From an uncultured Pseudomonadota bacterium (lineage in GTDB: Bacteria; Oederibacteriota; Muellerivitia; Muellerivitales; Muellerivitaceae), in NCBI GenBank assembly GCA_963770835.1, contig CAVYRH010000026.1:192001-256000 (forward strand): DNA of 64,000 nt. The letters run 5' to 3'. Below, piece by piece: positions 27,783 to 37,991 of the stretch. A program made the position numbers and the translations under genes. The notes beneath the pieces were generated by a model. The model was given only the letters and a program-made list of their open reading frames with translations. It was not told the DNA's origin and searched no databases. Positions within the stretch are counted from its first letter, which is position 1; each line of letters begins with the position of its first letter.

Positions 27783-29246
27783 ATGCGAAAGCCTCTGGGA
27801 CTCATCTTGGGATTCTACCTGTCGTCAGGCGCCGCCTTTGCCCAGTCCAACTTAAGCCTGGAGGATTATCTCGGACAGGTAAAGGCCCAGGGACCGGATT
27901 ACAAGTCCGCCCAGGCCGCCGTGGAAGGCTATGAAAAGCAGTCCCACCAGCAGGACTTGACCTACTCACCCCAGTTGGTGGCCAGCTACAATCACATGGA
28001 CGATACCGAGCAACCCAACGGCTTTTCCTATCCCCATACCCTGGCCGACTCCCTGGGGGTTTCCATCACGGATATCCTGCCCTTTGGGCCCACGGTTTCG
28101 GCAGGCTATGCCTTCACGAACTTGAATGCCAGCGTGAACCCGGAATTGAACGAAATCGTTATTGGCGGGGTTTCGCTGGGGAGCGTGTTTCCTACCTCCT
28201 ATTACCAGATCGCCCCTGTCTTTTCCCTGACTGTGCCCCTTTTCAAGGACTTCGGCGGGGCCCAAACTTCGGCCGGAGTGAAGATGGTGCAATACCAAAT
28301 GGAATCGGCTGCCAAGTCGGCCGCTTTCCAAAGTGCCGGGGTGCTTTACCAGGCCAAAGTGGCCTACTGGAACCTTGCCCTGGCCCGGCAGCAGATCGCC
28401 ATCCGACAGGACACCCTGGACCGTAGCCAGAAAATTTGGGATTGGACCAAGAACCGCGTAGCCCGCAACCTGGCCGACCCGCCCGACGCCCTGCAAGCCG
28501 AAGCCGCGGTGCGGCTGGCCGAACTGGACCTGGATCAGGCCGAAAAAAGCGAAAAGTCGGCCCGGCTACAGTTCAACCGTTTCCGGGGCACCCGGGACGC
28601 CGGTGTGTCCGAACAGCTTCAAAACCTGGAAGACTCCCTGTCTGGTTTGAAAGTAGAGGTCCCCGACCAACTCCCCGACCGGCTGGACCTGAAGGCCGCG
28701 CAGAAAAATACGGACAGCCAGAAGGCCACCTATGACCAGGCCGCGCAGAACGTCTACCCGGACATCAACCTCAACGCCTCCTGGCGGGGTAACGGCTTCG
28801 ATCCAAGCTTCGACAGCGCCGACGGCACCGCATGGAGCTTCAACTACCCAACCTGGAACATCGGCGCCCAGTTCACCCTGCCCCTGGATGTGTTCACGGC
28901 CCAAAGGGTGGCGGAGGGCTACCAGAGCAATTACCAAAGCTCGCTCCTGGGGCTTAAGGACAAGAAGCTCCAGGTGGACCAGGACTGGCAGGATTGGAAG
29001 GAACGCATGACCGACGTGGACAAGCGCCTGGATATGACCACCGAGATCGAGCAGATCCAGAAGAACAAGGCGGACCAGGAAAGGCAGCGGCTGGAATACG
29101 GCCGAACCACCGAATTCCAGCTTCTGTCCTTCGAGAACGATTACAACGCCGCGCGGCTGAGCCGCCTTTCGGTGATCGCGGAGAAACTGGGGCTTTTAGC
29201 CGAGGCCCAATGGTGGCTTTCAACGGAAATTGAAAAGGAGAATTAA
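27783..29246 (+). CDS. TolC family outer-membrane efflux protein
   Basis: Signal peptide; LTVPLFKDFG, KVAYWNL, P.INL.AS, IGAQFTLPL, GRTTEFQLL. Confidence 0.85.
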   Translation: MRKPLGLILGFYLSSGAAFAQSNLSLEDYLGQVKAQGPDYKSAQAAVEGYEKQSHQQDLTYSPQLVASYNHMDDTEQPNGFSYPHTLADSLGVSITDILPFGPTVSAGYAFTNLNASVNPELNEIVIGGVSLGSVFPTSYYQIAPVFSLTVPLFKDFGGAQTSAGVKMVQYQMESAAKSAAFQSAGVLYQAKVAYWNLALARQQIAIRQDTLDRSQKIWDWTKNRVARNLADPPDALQAEAAVRLAELDLDQAEKSEKSARLQFNRFRGTRDAGVSEQLQNLEDSLSGLKVEVPDQLPDRLDLKAAQKNTDSQKATYDQAAQNVYPDINLNASWRGNGFDPSFDSADGTAWSFNYPTWNIGAQFTLPLDVFTAQRVAEGYQSNYQSSLLGLKDKKLQVDQDWQDWKERMTDVDKRLDMTTEIEQIQKNKADQERQRLEYGRTTEFQLLSFENDYNAARLSRLSVIAEKLGLLAEAQWWLSTEIEKEN

Positions 29247-32200
29247 ATGAACCTTCCCAAACTAGCCATCGAGCGCCCGGTCTTCGTCACCTGCGTCGTC
29301 ATCCTCATCATGGTGTTGGGATACATGTCCTACCGGTCCCTGGGCGTGGACCTGTTCCCGGATGTGAGTTTCCCCTTCGTCTCGGTGACAACTCCCTACA
29401 AGGGCGCGGCGCCGGAGGAAATCGAAACACAGATCTCCAAGCCCCTGGAAGAGCAGTTCTCCACCCTGGAAGGCGTGAAGAAAGTTTATTCGGTCAACCA
29501 GGAAGGCTTTTCCATCGTCACCATCCAGTTCACGCTGGAAACGGACGGCAAGGACGCCGAACAGCGGGTGCGGGACCGGCTGACCTTCGTACGGCCCCAA
29601 TTGCCCAAGGACATCGACGAGCCGGTCATCCAGCGGCTGGACCCCTCGGACCAACCCGTCATGATCGTGTCGATGCAATCGAGCCTCAACCCCTACCAGG
29701 CCTATGACCTGGCGGACCAGACCGTCAAACCCCAGCTCTCCCAGGTGGATGGGGTGGGCGTGGTGGACATCTTCGGCGGGGCGAAGCGGGAGATCCGCGT
29801 GGAGCTGGACCGCAACAAGGTGAACGCCTACCGCATCAGCGCCACCTCGGTGGCCGACAACATCGGCCTGAACGGCATGAACGTGCCGGTGGGCAAGTTC
29901 GAGACGAACGGCCAAAACGTGCTTTTCCGGTCGGTGGGCGAATACAACGACCTGGACCGCCTGCGCCACACCATCGTCAACTTCCTGGGGTCCGACGTGC
30001 CCATCACCGTGGACAAACTGGGCCAAGTGGTGGACACGGTGGAGGACGCCCAAAACTACAGCTCCTTCAACGGCAAGCCTTCGCTGTTCCTTTTGATCCA
30101 CAAGCAGTCCAAGGCCAATACGGTGGCGGTGGTGGACGGGGTCTTCAAGGCGATGGACCACATCAACGACGTGCTCAAGACCCACCCGGGCGCCCCCAAG
30201 ATTTCCCTCGTGCGCGAGGACGGCCGCATCGTGCGAATGAACCTGGACGACGTCCAGCGCACCATCGGCATCGGCATCGCGCTGACGGTGCTGGTGGTCT
30301 TCTTCTTCCTGGGCAGCTTCCGCTCGACCCTCATCACCATCACGGCCCTGCCCGTGTCCCTTTTGGGCGCTTTCATCCTGATGAACGGCATGGGCTTCAC
30401 CCTGAACCTCATGACGCTCCTGGCGCTCTCCCTGGCGGTGGGGCTCCTCATTGACGACGCCATCGTGGTGCGGGAAAACATCTGGCGCCACATCGAGGAA
30501 GGGGAGGAACCCAAGTCCGCGGCTTTGAGCGGCACACTTGAAGTGGCGCTGGCGGTTATCGCCACCTCCTCCGTCATCATTTCCGTGTTCCTGCCCATCG
30601 CCTTTTTGAAAGGCACGGTGGGGCAATTTTTCCGCCAATTCGGCATGACGGTGTGTTTCGCCATGGCGGTTTCCTTGTTTGAGGCCATGGTCATGGGCCC
30701 CATGCTGTCGGCCTACTGGGCCAAGAAGGTGGGCAAGGGTTTCAGCCCCATCGACGCTCTGGACCATTTTTTCGCCCCCGTCCTCCGGGCTTTCGACCGG
30801 TTCCAGACCGGGCTGGAGAAAGGCTATCAAAGGCTCATCAATTGGTGCCTCGGCTACCCCGTTGAAAAGATTATTTCGGATTCAAAGACCGGAAAATTCA
30901 ATTTCTTGCGCAAAGTTTTCTCTACCGTCCTTTTCCTGAACCCGGACAAGCTTCAAAACGAGGTCCGGAACGAGGAAAAAAACGGGTATTCCTTCGGGCC
31001 TCTCCTCCTTTTCATTTTCGAATTGGTCCTTTTAAGCGCCTGTTTCAAATGGCCGGTCGTCCAAAAGGCGGGGTTCATTCTTTTCCTCCTCCAGTGGTTT
31101 GTGTATTTCATCCGCCACCGGCATTATTTCTTTGCGCACCAATTTTATGACCACCGCTGGTGGGTCCTTCAAATGGCGGCGTTCATTTTCCTGGGGAGCC
31201 TCTTCGTCGGGGGGAAATACGTCCCCTTCACCTTCCTGCCTAATGGGGACAACGGCGAGTTCATGGTGAGCCTGAAGGCCTCCCCCAATACGTCGCTGGA
31301 CACCATGCGCGACTACACGGCCAAGATCGCGGATATCGTGCGGGCCCACAAGGAAATCGACCTGACCAGCGAGGTGGTGGGCGACACCCAGGGCAACGAC
31401 AACACCAGCACCGTCTACGCCAAGCTCACGCCCTGGCAAACCCGCAAACTTACCACTTCGGACATGAAGGATATCGTCCGCAAGGAACTGGAACCCTACC
31501 AGGACCAGCTGCAGCCCCAGGTGGGGGACCGGGACCTGGTGGCCAACCAAGCTCCCTTCAACATGGTGCTGGCGGGGGATGATTACAAAACGTTGGAACC
31601 CCTGGTGGCGCAGGTCGAGGCCCAATTCAAGCAGATCCCCGGCCTGGCCGACGTTTCCACCAACTACGACGGGGGCAAGTCCGAGTTCCAGGCGGTCATC
31701 GACCCGGTGCGTTCGCGCCAATTGGGGGTCCTGGGCATCCAGGCGGGCGACGAGCTCCGGACCCAGATCGAGGGCACGGTGCCGGCCAAGTTCCGCGACA
31801 ACGGCCTGGAGTACGACATCCGGGTTCGCATGCAGGAAGACCAGCGGAACTTGCAAAAGGACTTCAACAACGTCTATGTGCCGAACACCAACAACCGCAT
31901 GGTGCGCTTGTCCGACATCTCCAGCCCGGTGACCACGGAGGGGCCTTCCAAGATCAACCGTTTGAACCGCCAGCGCTACATCATGATCTCGGGCCAGTTG
32001 GGCAAGGGCGGGGCCTTGCAGAGCATCATGAACCAGGCCAAGGCCGACATGCTAAAGATGTCCCTTCCCCCGGGGGTTTCCTTTAGTTTCGTGGGCCAAG
32101 CCGAGGACATGCAGGACCTCATCGCCAGCATGCTGGTGGCCGTGGGGCTGGCCCTCCTCTTCACCTATATGATCCTAGCCAGCCTCTACGAGTCCCCCAT

Positions 32201-32759
32201 CCTGCCTTTCACCATCATGCTGTCGATTCCGCTGGCCATCGTGGGGGCCTTCGTGGCCATGGCCATTACGGGGCAGACCCTCAATATCTTCAGCATGATT
32301 TCCCTGATCATGCTCATGGGGTTGGTGACCAAAAACGCCATCTTGCTGGTGGATTACACCGTTCAAATGGAGAAAAAGGGAGTCCCGCGGAATGAAGCCA
32401 TCCGCAGGGCCGGGCTGGTCCGTTTACGGCCTATCCTCATGACCACCTTCGCCCTTGTGGCGGGCATGCTGCCGACCGCCCTGGCCCTGACCGAGGTGGC
32501 CAAGTTCCGCCAATCCATGGGAGTGGCGGTCATCGGGGGGCTCTTGAGCTCTCTTTTCCTGACGCTCGTGGTCGTGCCGTCGGTTTACGGCTACGTGGAC
32601 GACTTCCGCCTTTGGCTGCGCCGGTTTTCCGGAAGGGATAACGGGAACGGGAAGGAAACGGCGAAGGTTCCCAATGGCCGGAAAGGAAAGTTCCAACCGA
32701 GGAAAAAAACATTGGTCCCAACAGGAGAAAAACGCAAACCCCAATTCGAATTAAACTGA
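29247..32759 (+). CDS. RND efflux permease (AcrB/MdtBC-like) with about 100-aa insertion
   Basis: AIERPVF, VDLFPDV.FP, GLLIDDAIVVREN, GLVTKNAILLVD, RLRPILMT. Confidence 0.95.
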   Translation: MNLPKLAIERPVFVTCVVILIMVLGYMSYRSLGVDLFPDVSFPFVSVTTPYKGAAPEEIETQISKPLEEQFSTLEGVKKVYSVNQEGFSIVTIQFTLETDGKDAEQRVRDRLTFVRPQLPKDIDEPVIQRLDPSDQPVMIVSMQSSLNPYQAYDLADQTVKPQLSQVDGVGVVDIFGGAKREIRVELDRNKVNAYRISATSVADNIGLNGMNVPVGKFETNGQNVLFRSVGEYNDLDRLRHTIVNFLGSDVPITVDKLGQVVDTVEDAQNYSSFNGKPSLFLLIHKQSKANTVAVVDGVFKAMDHINDVLKTHPGAPKISLVREDGRIVRMNLDDVQRTIGIGIALTVLVVFFFLGSFRSTLITITALPVSLLGAFILMNGMGFTLNLMTLLALSLAVGLLIDDAIVVRENIWRHIEEGEEPKSAALSGTLEVALAVIATSSVIISVFLPIAFLKGTVGQFFRQFGMTVCFAMAVSLFEAMVMGPMLSAYWAKKVGKGFSPIDALDHFFAPVLRAFDRFQTGLEKGYQRLINWCLGYPVEKIISDSKTGKFNFLRKVFSTVLFLNPDKLQNEVRNEEKNGYSFGPLLLFIFELVLLSACFKWPVVQKAGFILFLLQWFVYFIRHRHYFFAHQFYDHRWWVLQMAAFIFLGSLFVGGKYVPFTFLPNGDNGEFMVSLKASPNTSLDTMRDYTAKIADIVRAHKEIDLTSEVVGDTQGNDNTSTVYAKLTPWQTRKLTTSDMKDIVRKELEPYQDQLQPQVGDRDLVANQAPFNMVLAGDDYKTLEPLVAQVEAQFKQIPGLADVSTNYDGGKSEFQAVIDPVRSRQLGVLGIQAGDELRTQIEGTVPAKFRDNGLEYDIRVRMQEDQRNLQKDFNNVYVPNTNNRMVRLSDISSPVTTEGPSKINRLNRQRYIMISGQLGKGGALQSIMNQAKADMLKMSLPPGVSFSFVGQAEDMQDLIASMLVAVGLALLFTYMILASLYESPILPFTIMLSIPLAIVGAFVAMAITGQTLNIFSMISLIMLMGLVTKNAILLVDYTVQMEKKGVPRNEAIRRAGLVRLRPILMTTFALVAGMLPTALALTEVAKFRQSMGVAVIGGLLSSLFLTLVVVPSVYGYVDDFRLWLRRFSGRDNGNGKETAKVPNGRKGKFQPRKKTLVPTGEKRKPQFELN

Positions 32760-32874
32760 TTTCCCATTAATCCATGTGAATTTTAAGGAATGGCCCGCAT
32801 CTTACGGGGGGCTTTACACACCCCCGTTTCCCCTGAATAATGGGCTCCTGTCGATTAAAAAGTCCGGAGCCAGA

Positions 32875-33489
32875 ATGAAAAGTTCCAGTTTAATTGCGTT
32901 GTCCTTAGTAGGCGTTGTCGCGCTGGCTGTGTTAGCCCTGCCTGCCTGCAATTCAAACCCTCCTGTTGCACCTGGTAATGTAAGTAATTTTCAACCCTCG
33001 CCGCCTACGGCTACGCCGACTCCCTGCGCTAGTGGAAGTATTTTTGGAAACAATACGATCGGAGCTTCTAATACAGCCAATAACGATCTGTTTTTTTACC
33101 CTCAAGTCGCTTCATCCACCACGACACTGGAGAAACTTTCGATTTATACCACTTCAGCCGGTGCGGTAACCTTTGAGGCGGGAGTTTACTCCAACAACGC
33201 CGGGCAGCCTGGGAGCCTTTTGGCTGAAACGGGACCCCAAACCATCACTGCTGCCGCCACTGTGTGGACCACCGTATTTCTTCAATCTTATGTCAGTCTT
33301 TCCGCTGGAGTTACTTACTGGCTGGCCTATCAAGCCAGCCCCGCCGCCAGCGCGAGGGATAATACGGCCACTATTGCCTATTGTTATCAACCCGCCGGGG
33401 TTTTTGGCGCCTTAGCCCCCAGTTTTAGCAATACGGGCAATGTTTCCAGTGGATACACTTTTTCCGTTTACGGAACCACCTGTCCTTAA
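32875..33489 (+). CDS. Hypothetical lipoprotein with beta-sandwich domain
   Basis: Lipobox LPAC; PTATPTP linker; VYSNNAGQPGSLL...LSAGVTYWLA; lower GC than neighbours. Confidence 0.75.
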   Translation: MKSSSLIALSLVGVVALAVLALPACNSNPPVAPGNVSNFQPSPPTATPTPCASGSIFGNNTIGASNTANNDLFFYPQVASSTTTLEKLSIYTTSAGAVTFEAGVYSNNAGQPGSLLAETGPQTITAAATVWTTVFLQSYVSLSAGVTYWLAYQASPAASARDNTATIAYCYQPAGVFGALAPSFSNTGNVSSGYTFSVYGTTCP

Positions 33490-33532
33490 GGCCGTCCAGC
33501 CCAGCTGAATCAACCGCTCCTTGGGGGTTTCC

Positions 33533-34183
33533 ATGGATTCCAGCCGCCTAAGTGAACGCCACGTGATGATTAAGGAGCAGCTGGAGAAACGGGGAATTCA
33601 CAACCCCTGGGTGCTCCAGGCTATGCTGGACGTCCCCCGCCATTTTTTCGTGCCTGATTCCCAGCATATGAAAGCCTACGACGACACCCCCCTTCCCATC
33701 GGCCAGGAACAAACCATCAGCCAGCCCTATATCGTGGCCGCCATGATCGAGTTCATCGAGCCCGACCCTTCCCACCGCGTGCTGGAGGTGGGAGTGGGCA
33801 GCGGCTATTCGGCGGCGGTTCTCCGGCGCATCGTCCAGGAAGTCTACGGTATCGAAAGAAATCCCGTTCTTTTGGCGGAAGCCAAGAAAAGGATTGAGAG
33901 GCTGGGGCTGGGCCACGTGAACTTGAAGGATGGCGACGGCACCTTGGGCTGGCCGGTGGCCGCGCCCTTCGATGCCATCCTGGTTACCGCGGGAAGCCCG
34001 CGGGTACCCGAGGCGCTATTGCGGCAACTCAAGGAAGGCGGGTCCCTGGTGATCCCCTTGGGAAACCGGCAGGAGCAGAAACTCCTTCGCATCGTGAAAA
34101 ACCCGGGTGGGCGGTTGCAGGAGAAGGAACTTTTCCCCGTTCGTTTTGTGCCCTTGATTGGGGCGGACGGCTGGCCGGATTAA
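33533..34183 (+). CDS. pcm: Protein-L-isoaspartate O-methyltransferase
   Basis: VPRH.FV, AYDD.PLPIG..QTISQPYIVA, VLEVGVGSGY, GDGTLGWP..APFDAI, VRFVPL. Confidence 0.95.
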   Translation: MDSSRLSERHVMIKEQLEKRGIHNPWVLQAMLDVPRHFFVPDSQHMKAYDDTPLPIGQEQTISQPYIVAAMIEFIEPDPSHRVLEVGVGSGYSAAVLRRIVQEVYGIERNPVLLAEAKKRIERLGLGHVNLKDGDGTLGWPVAAPFDAILVTAGSPRVPEALLRQLKEGGSLVIPLGNRQEQKLLRIVKNPGGRLQEKELFPVRFVPLIGADGWPD

Positions 34184-34201
34184 CGCGGGAAGGATTGAAC
34201 C

Positions 34202-35080
34202 GTGGAAGAAACCAGTTCGAGCGATGAATTAGCGGCTAAGGTCCGTTTCCGGGAACCCCAACCAGCCCTTGCCCCATTCGTTTATCGTATGATGATGGGC
34301 GGAAGCAAGCTCGTTCCCCCCTCGATCCCGGCCTTTCAGGAGAAAATCCTCCCCCTTCCTTATTCCATTATCGGTTACCGGGAGTTCCACCCCGCGACGG
34401 AAAAAGGCAATGGGCGGAGAGAATTTATCCTCCTCGGTCCCCAGGGAAAACTCTACGAGGAAAAAGGTATGCAAGCCGTAATCACCACCATCGTCATCAA
34501 GCCAGGTGCAACCCGGGCTTTGACCGGGATTTCCGGGGCCAAGGCCGTGGATCGAATCATTTCCATGGAGAAAGCTTGGGGCGCTGAAGGAAAAGCCCTC
34601 ATGGAAGCCATGGCGCAAGAACGGGACCAGGACAAAAGGATGGATCTTTTAGAGGAGGCCCTCCTTCGGAGGCTCCCTCCTCGTTTAAAAGAGGATTTAT
34701 TCGTCATAGAATCGGCGGCTTTCATTGAAAAACAAGGGGGAAAGGAATCACTCGAAGCCTTCTTCGCCCAGACGGGTTATTCCCGGCGGCAGGTCTTGAA
34801 CCACTTCAACGGATTGATCGGATTCAGCCCCAAGCATTTCGCCCGGATAGTCCGCTTGAGGAACCTGTTCAAGGATCTGGACCTGAAGCCCGACCTGGAT
34901 TGGGCCAAGCTGGCCCAGGAACACGGCTATTCGGACCAACCCCACCTGGTGCGGGAGTTCAAGAAACTCATGGGAAATACCCCGGAGCGCTTTGCCAGGG
35001 AATTCCGGGAAAGGGGAATGTTCCTGCCGGGCGCCGACCAATCGGTCATTCTCCTTCGCAAAGACCCGAAAAATTCTTAA
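34202..35080 (+). CDS. AraC family transcriptional regulator
   Basis: C-terminal YSRRQV...F...IGFSPKHFARIVR...GYSDQPHLVREFK..MG.TP. Confidence 0.88.
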   Translation: MEETSSSDELAAKVRFREPQPALAPFVYRMMMGGSKLVPPSIPAFQEKILPLPYSIIGYREFHPATEKGNGRREFILLGPQGKLYEEKGMQAVITTIVIKPGATRALTGISGAKAVDRIISMEKAWGAEGKALMEAMAQERDQDKRMDLLEEALLRRLPPRLKEDLFVIESAAFIEKQGGKESLEAFFAQTGYSRRQVLNHFNGLIGFSPKHFARIVRLRNLFKDLDLKPDLDWAKLAQEHGYSDQPHLVREFKKLMGNTPERFAREFRERGMFLPGADQSVILLRKDPKNS

Positions 35081-35275
35081 CTGTTACATTTCCGAAACAT
35101 TTTTCCGAACGATTTAACCGAGGGTTTCCCTTTTCCCTCCCGGCGTTCTTTTCCAGCGGCCAAATTTCCCAAACGTACAATACAATTAGCCTCGTTTCGC
35201 AATATTTTCGTCGCTAACCTCACCTCTCCAACATCCTCAATTCCAACCAACACCGTTATGCGCAGGAGACGCCCT

Positions 35276-36325
35276 ATGAAAAGTTTTCGCCCGTTTTCTT
35301 TTGGCTTCGGAAAAGAACGATTGAAGTTCCATACCGTCTTGATCGGCCTGGCCCTCCTCGGTTTGAGCTTGGCAGCGATCTCTTGTAAACCATCCCCCGC
35401 GACGGTCTCCCCCTACCATCTTGTCTTGGAGGGGGGGTTCTGGACCCTGGCCAAGGGCAACGAGTCCTTTCCCGTGCGGGACGGGCATACGGCCCTCGCC
35501 TACAACAACAAGATGTGGGTCATCGCCGGTACCGGCGCGGGCGGCGATATGAGCGACGTCTGGTCCTCCTCCGACGGGGGCACTTGGTCCGAAGCCACCA
35601 CCCAGGCGGCTTTCACGCAGCGCCTTTACCACAGTTCGGTTGTCTACAACAACGAAATGTGGGTCCTGGGGGGCCGGACCAGCGCCGGTGTTTCCTTCAA
35701 TGACACGTGGTATTCCACGGATGGAGCGAACTGGACCCAGGCCGCGGGAAAAGTTGGGGCGGGCCCGACCTCGTTTTTTTCCGCCCGTTACGGCCAAAGC
35801 TCGGTGGTGTTCAACAACGAAATGTGGGTTTTGGGCGGCACTACCGCCGCCGTCACCAACGACTGCTGGTATTCCACGGATGGGACGAACTGGGCCCAAG
35901 CCGCCGCTACCGCCCCCTTCACGGCCCGCACCAACCACAGCTCGGTCGTGTTCAACGGGAAAATGTGGATCCTGGGGGGATTTAACGGCAGCGCCCTCAA
36001 CGACGTTTGGTCCTCCTCCGATGGATCAACATGGACCCAGGCTCCGGCCACCAGCCCCTTTCCCGCGCGGTTCGAACACACCGCCATGGTTTTTAACAAC
36101 GAGATGTGGGTCACCGGCGGTTTTGACGGGGGCATGAACCCCCTTAACGATACGTGGTTCTCCTCCGACGGTTCCACCTGGACCAAGTCCCCCACCTGGG
36201 GGCCCTATACCCCGGCGCGGGCCAACCTGGCTTCGGTGGTGTTCAACAACGATATGTGGGTGATCGCGGGCAACGGGATCCCGGGGCAACTTAACGATGC
36301 GTGGTACACCAATAACCTTTATTAA
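35276..36325 (+). CDS. Kelch-like beta-propeller lipoprotein
   Basis: Lipobox AISC; six repeats of about 50 aa, R..HSSVVFNNEMWVLGG...NDxWxSxDG..W. Confidence 0.88.
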   Translation: MKSFRPFSFGFGKERLKFHTVLIGLALLGLSLAAISCKPSPATVSPYHLVLEGGFWTLAKGNESFPVRDGHTALAYNNKMWVIAGTGAGGDMSDVWSSSDGGTWSEATTQAAFTQRLYHSSVVYNNEMWVLGGRTSAGVSFNDTWYSTDGANWTQAAGKVGAGPTSFFSARYGQSSVVFNNEMWVLGGTTAAVTNDCWYSTDGTNWAQAAATAPFTARTNHSSVVFNGKMWILGGFNGSALNDVWSSSDGSTWTQAPATSPFPARFEHTAMVFNNEMWVTGGFDGGMNPLNDTWFSSDGSTWTKSPTWGPYTPARANLASVVFNNDMWVIAGNGIPGQLNDAWYTNNLY

Positions 36326-36334
36326 AGGGGCGAC

Positions 36335-37156
36335 ATGAGAAACCCAATGAGAAAAATCATGGCGGTCATTCTTTGCGTGGGGTCCTTGGCCACAATTGCC
36401 TGGGCGCAAGATAAGGATACCAGCGCCACTTATACCCTGGACTCCCATTGGTACGTGAAGGCCTATGGGGGATACGACTATTCCTTTTTGGACGACCTGG
36501 TGAACGGCACCAAGGCTTGGGGCACCGTGATCCAGGGGGGAGGACAGGTGCCGGTTGTCAGCACGGACCGAAGCGGGATCCTGGCCGGGGGGGAGTTGGG
36601 CTACCGCTTGGATGCGGACAACGCGCTGTCCCTGGAAGCCCAAAACGTCTGGAGTTCGGCCTTGAAGGCGGGCGTCAGCGGAACCACCGCTTCCGAGGCT
36701 GATCCCAGCCTGCTTTCCTTTTCCCTCAACTTTGAACACACCTTTTTACGTTCCAATGGGTTCCGAACCTACGCGGAAATCGGCGTGGGTTATTACCAGG
36801 CCAACGTGAATTACAACCTGAACTTCATCGGCCCGATCAACGCCAACTTCTCGCAGGCCGCGCCGGGCGGGACCCTGAAACTGGGGCAGGAAATGGACCT
36901 GGGCGGTTCCTTCGCCCTGTCGCTTTTTGTCCAGGGCCGCTGGGCCAGCTTCAACCAGCTGACGGCTTCCAGCGGCACGATTAACGGCTCCACGCCTTTG
37001 GCGGACGGGCCCTTCGGCCTGGTCATCGCGCCCCTCGCCGGTTCCAACCTCCTTTTCCTTGCCCCCACCAGCGGGGTTGGCTCTAACGGCCTTCGCTACG
37101 CCACGGTGGATTATTCAGGTTTGGACGGGAACTTGGCCTTGAAATTTGAGTTTTAG
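36335..37156 (+). CDS. Outer-membrane beta-barrel protein
   Basis: Signal peptide; alternating strands (WYVKAYGGY, GGELGYRL, YAEIGVGYY); C-terminal LKFEF. Confidence 0.78.
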   Translation: MRNPMRKIMAVILCVGSLATIAWAQDKDTSATYTLDSHWYVKAYGGYDYSFLDDLVNGTKAWGTVIQGGGQVPVVSTDRSGILAGGELGYRLDADNALSLEAQNVWSSALKAGVSGTTASEADPSLLSFSLNFEHTFLRSNGFRTYAEIGVGYYQANVNYNLNFIGPINANFSQAAPGGTLKLGQEMDLGGSFALSLFVQGRWASFNQLTASSGTINGSTPLADGPFGLVIAPLAGSNLLFLAPTSGVGSNGLRYATVDYSGLDGNLALKFEF

Positions 37157-37220
37157 GTAAATGGATATTTCCGAACCCGCCCTACAATTTGCGGCATCAA
37201 ACTTTATTAAGAAGTCGACG

Positions 37221-37991
37221 ATGTATCGGATAACTAAATCTCCTCTCTGGACGGCTTTGAGCCTGACTTTGACCCTAGCGGCTTTCCCGGTTATGGCGGG
37301 AGCCGCCGAAACGGGTTCCATCTTTTTAGCCCAAGGCAAGGTCCAGCTGAACGGCTCGACGGCCCAATCGGGCGACACTTTGAAACCAGGCGATGAAGTC
37401 ACTACGGGCCAAGATGGAAAGACCGTCCTGAAGTTTTTCGACGGGTCCGAAATTACCCTCAAACCCGGAAGCGACCTGAAAGTGGACCGGCTGGAGGCGC
37501 CCTCGCCGGCGGACAAGGTCCTCGGGTTCAAACTGCTGTTGGGGCAGTTGCTGGCCAAGGTCAAAAAACTCGCCACGGCCAAGTCCTCCTTCGAGGTCGA
37601 GGCGGGCGGCGTGGTTTGCGGCGTACGGGGCACGGAATTCTCGATGGACTACGATTCGGCCAAGGAACAGCTGAAACTCCAGGTCATTTCCGGAACCGTC
37701 GGCGCCAAGGCCCAAGGGCAGGAGACGCTTTTCAACGCCGGCGAGACCGCCCTCTTCATCCACGGGGAGGCCCGGGACCCCCAATCGGGATTACCCACCG
37801 GGAAGAGACAGCATGAACCCTTCCATATGGAAGGTTCCTTGAGCCTGGACCCGGCCCTGATGGACCTGAAGGCCTTTTACGGCAGGGAACTGCTGATCAA
37901 CCACGACAACGTCTTCACGGACCCGGCGGTGGGCGGGACGGCCCGGATTCCTGTTGGAGCGGTTGTGCCTCCCGGGGAGGCGGTGCCATGA
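37221..37991 (+). CDS. FecR-domain secreted protein with an Hcp-like peptide in its tail
   Basis: LKPGDEVTTG.DG...LKFFDGSEI.L, FEVEAGGVVCGVRGTEF; then RDPQSGLPTGKRQHEPF. Confidence 0.85.
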   Translation: MYRITKSPLWTALSLTLTLAAFPVMAGAAETGSIFLAQGKVQLNGSTAQSGDTLKPGDEVTTGQDGKTVLKFFDGSEITLKPGSDLKVDRLEAPSPADKVLGFKLLLGQLLAKVKKLATAKSSFEVEAGGVVCGVRGTEFSMDYDSAKEQLKLQVISGTVGAKAQGQETLFNAGETALFIHGEARDPQSGLPTGKRQHEPFHMEGSLSLDPALMDLKAFYGRELLINHDNVFTDPAVGGTARIPVGAVVPPGEAVP

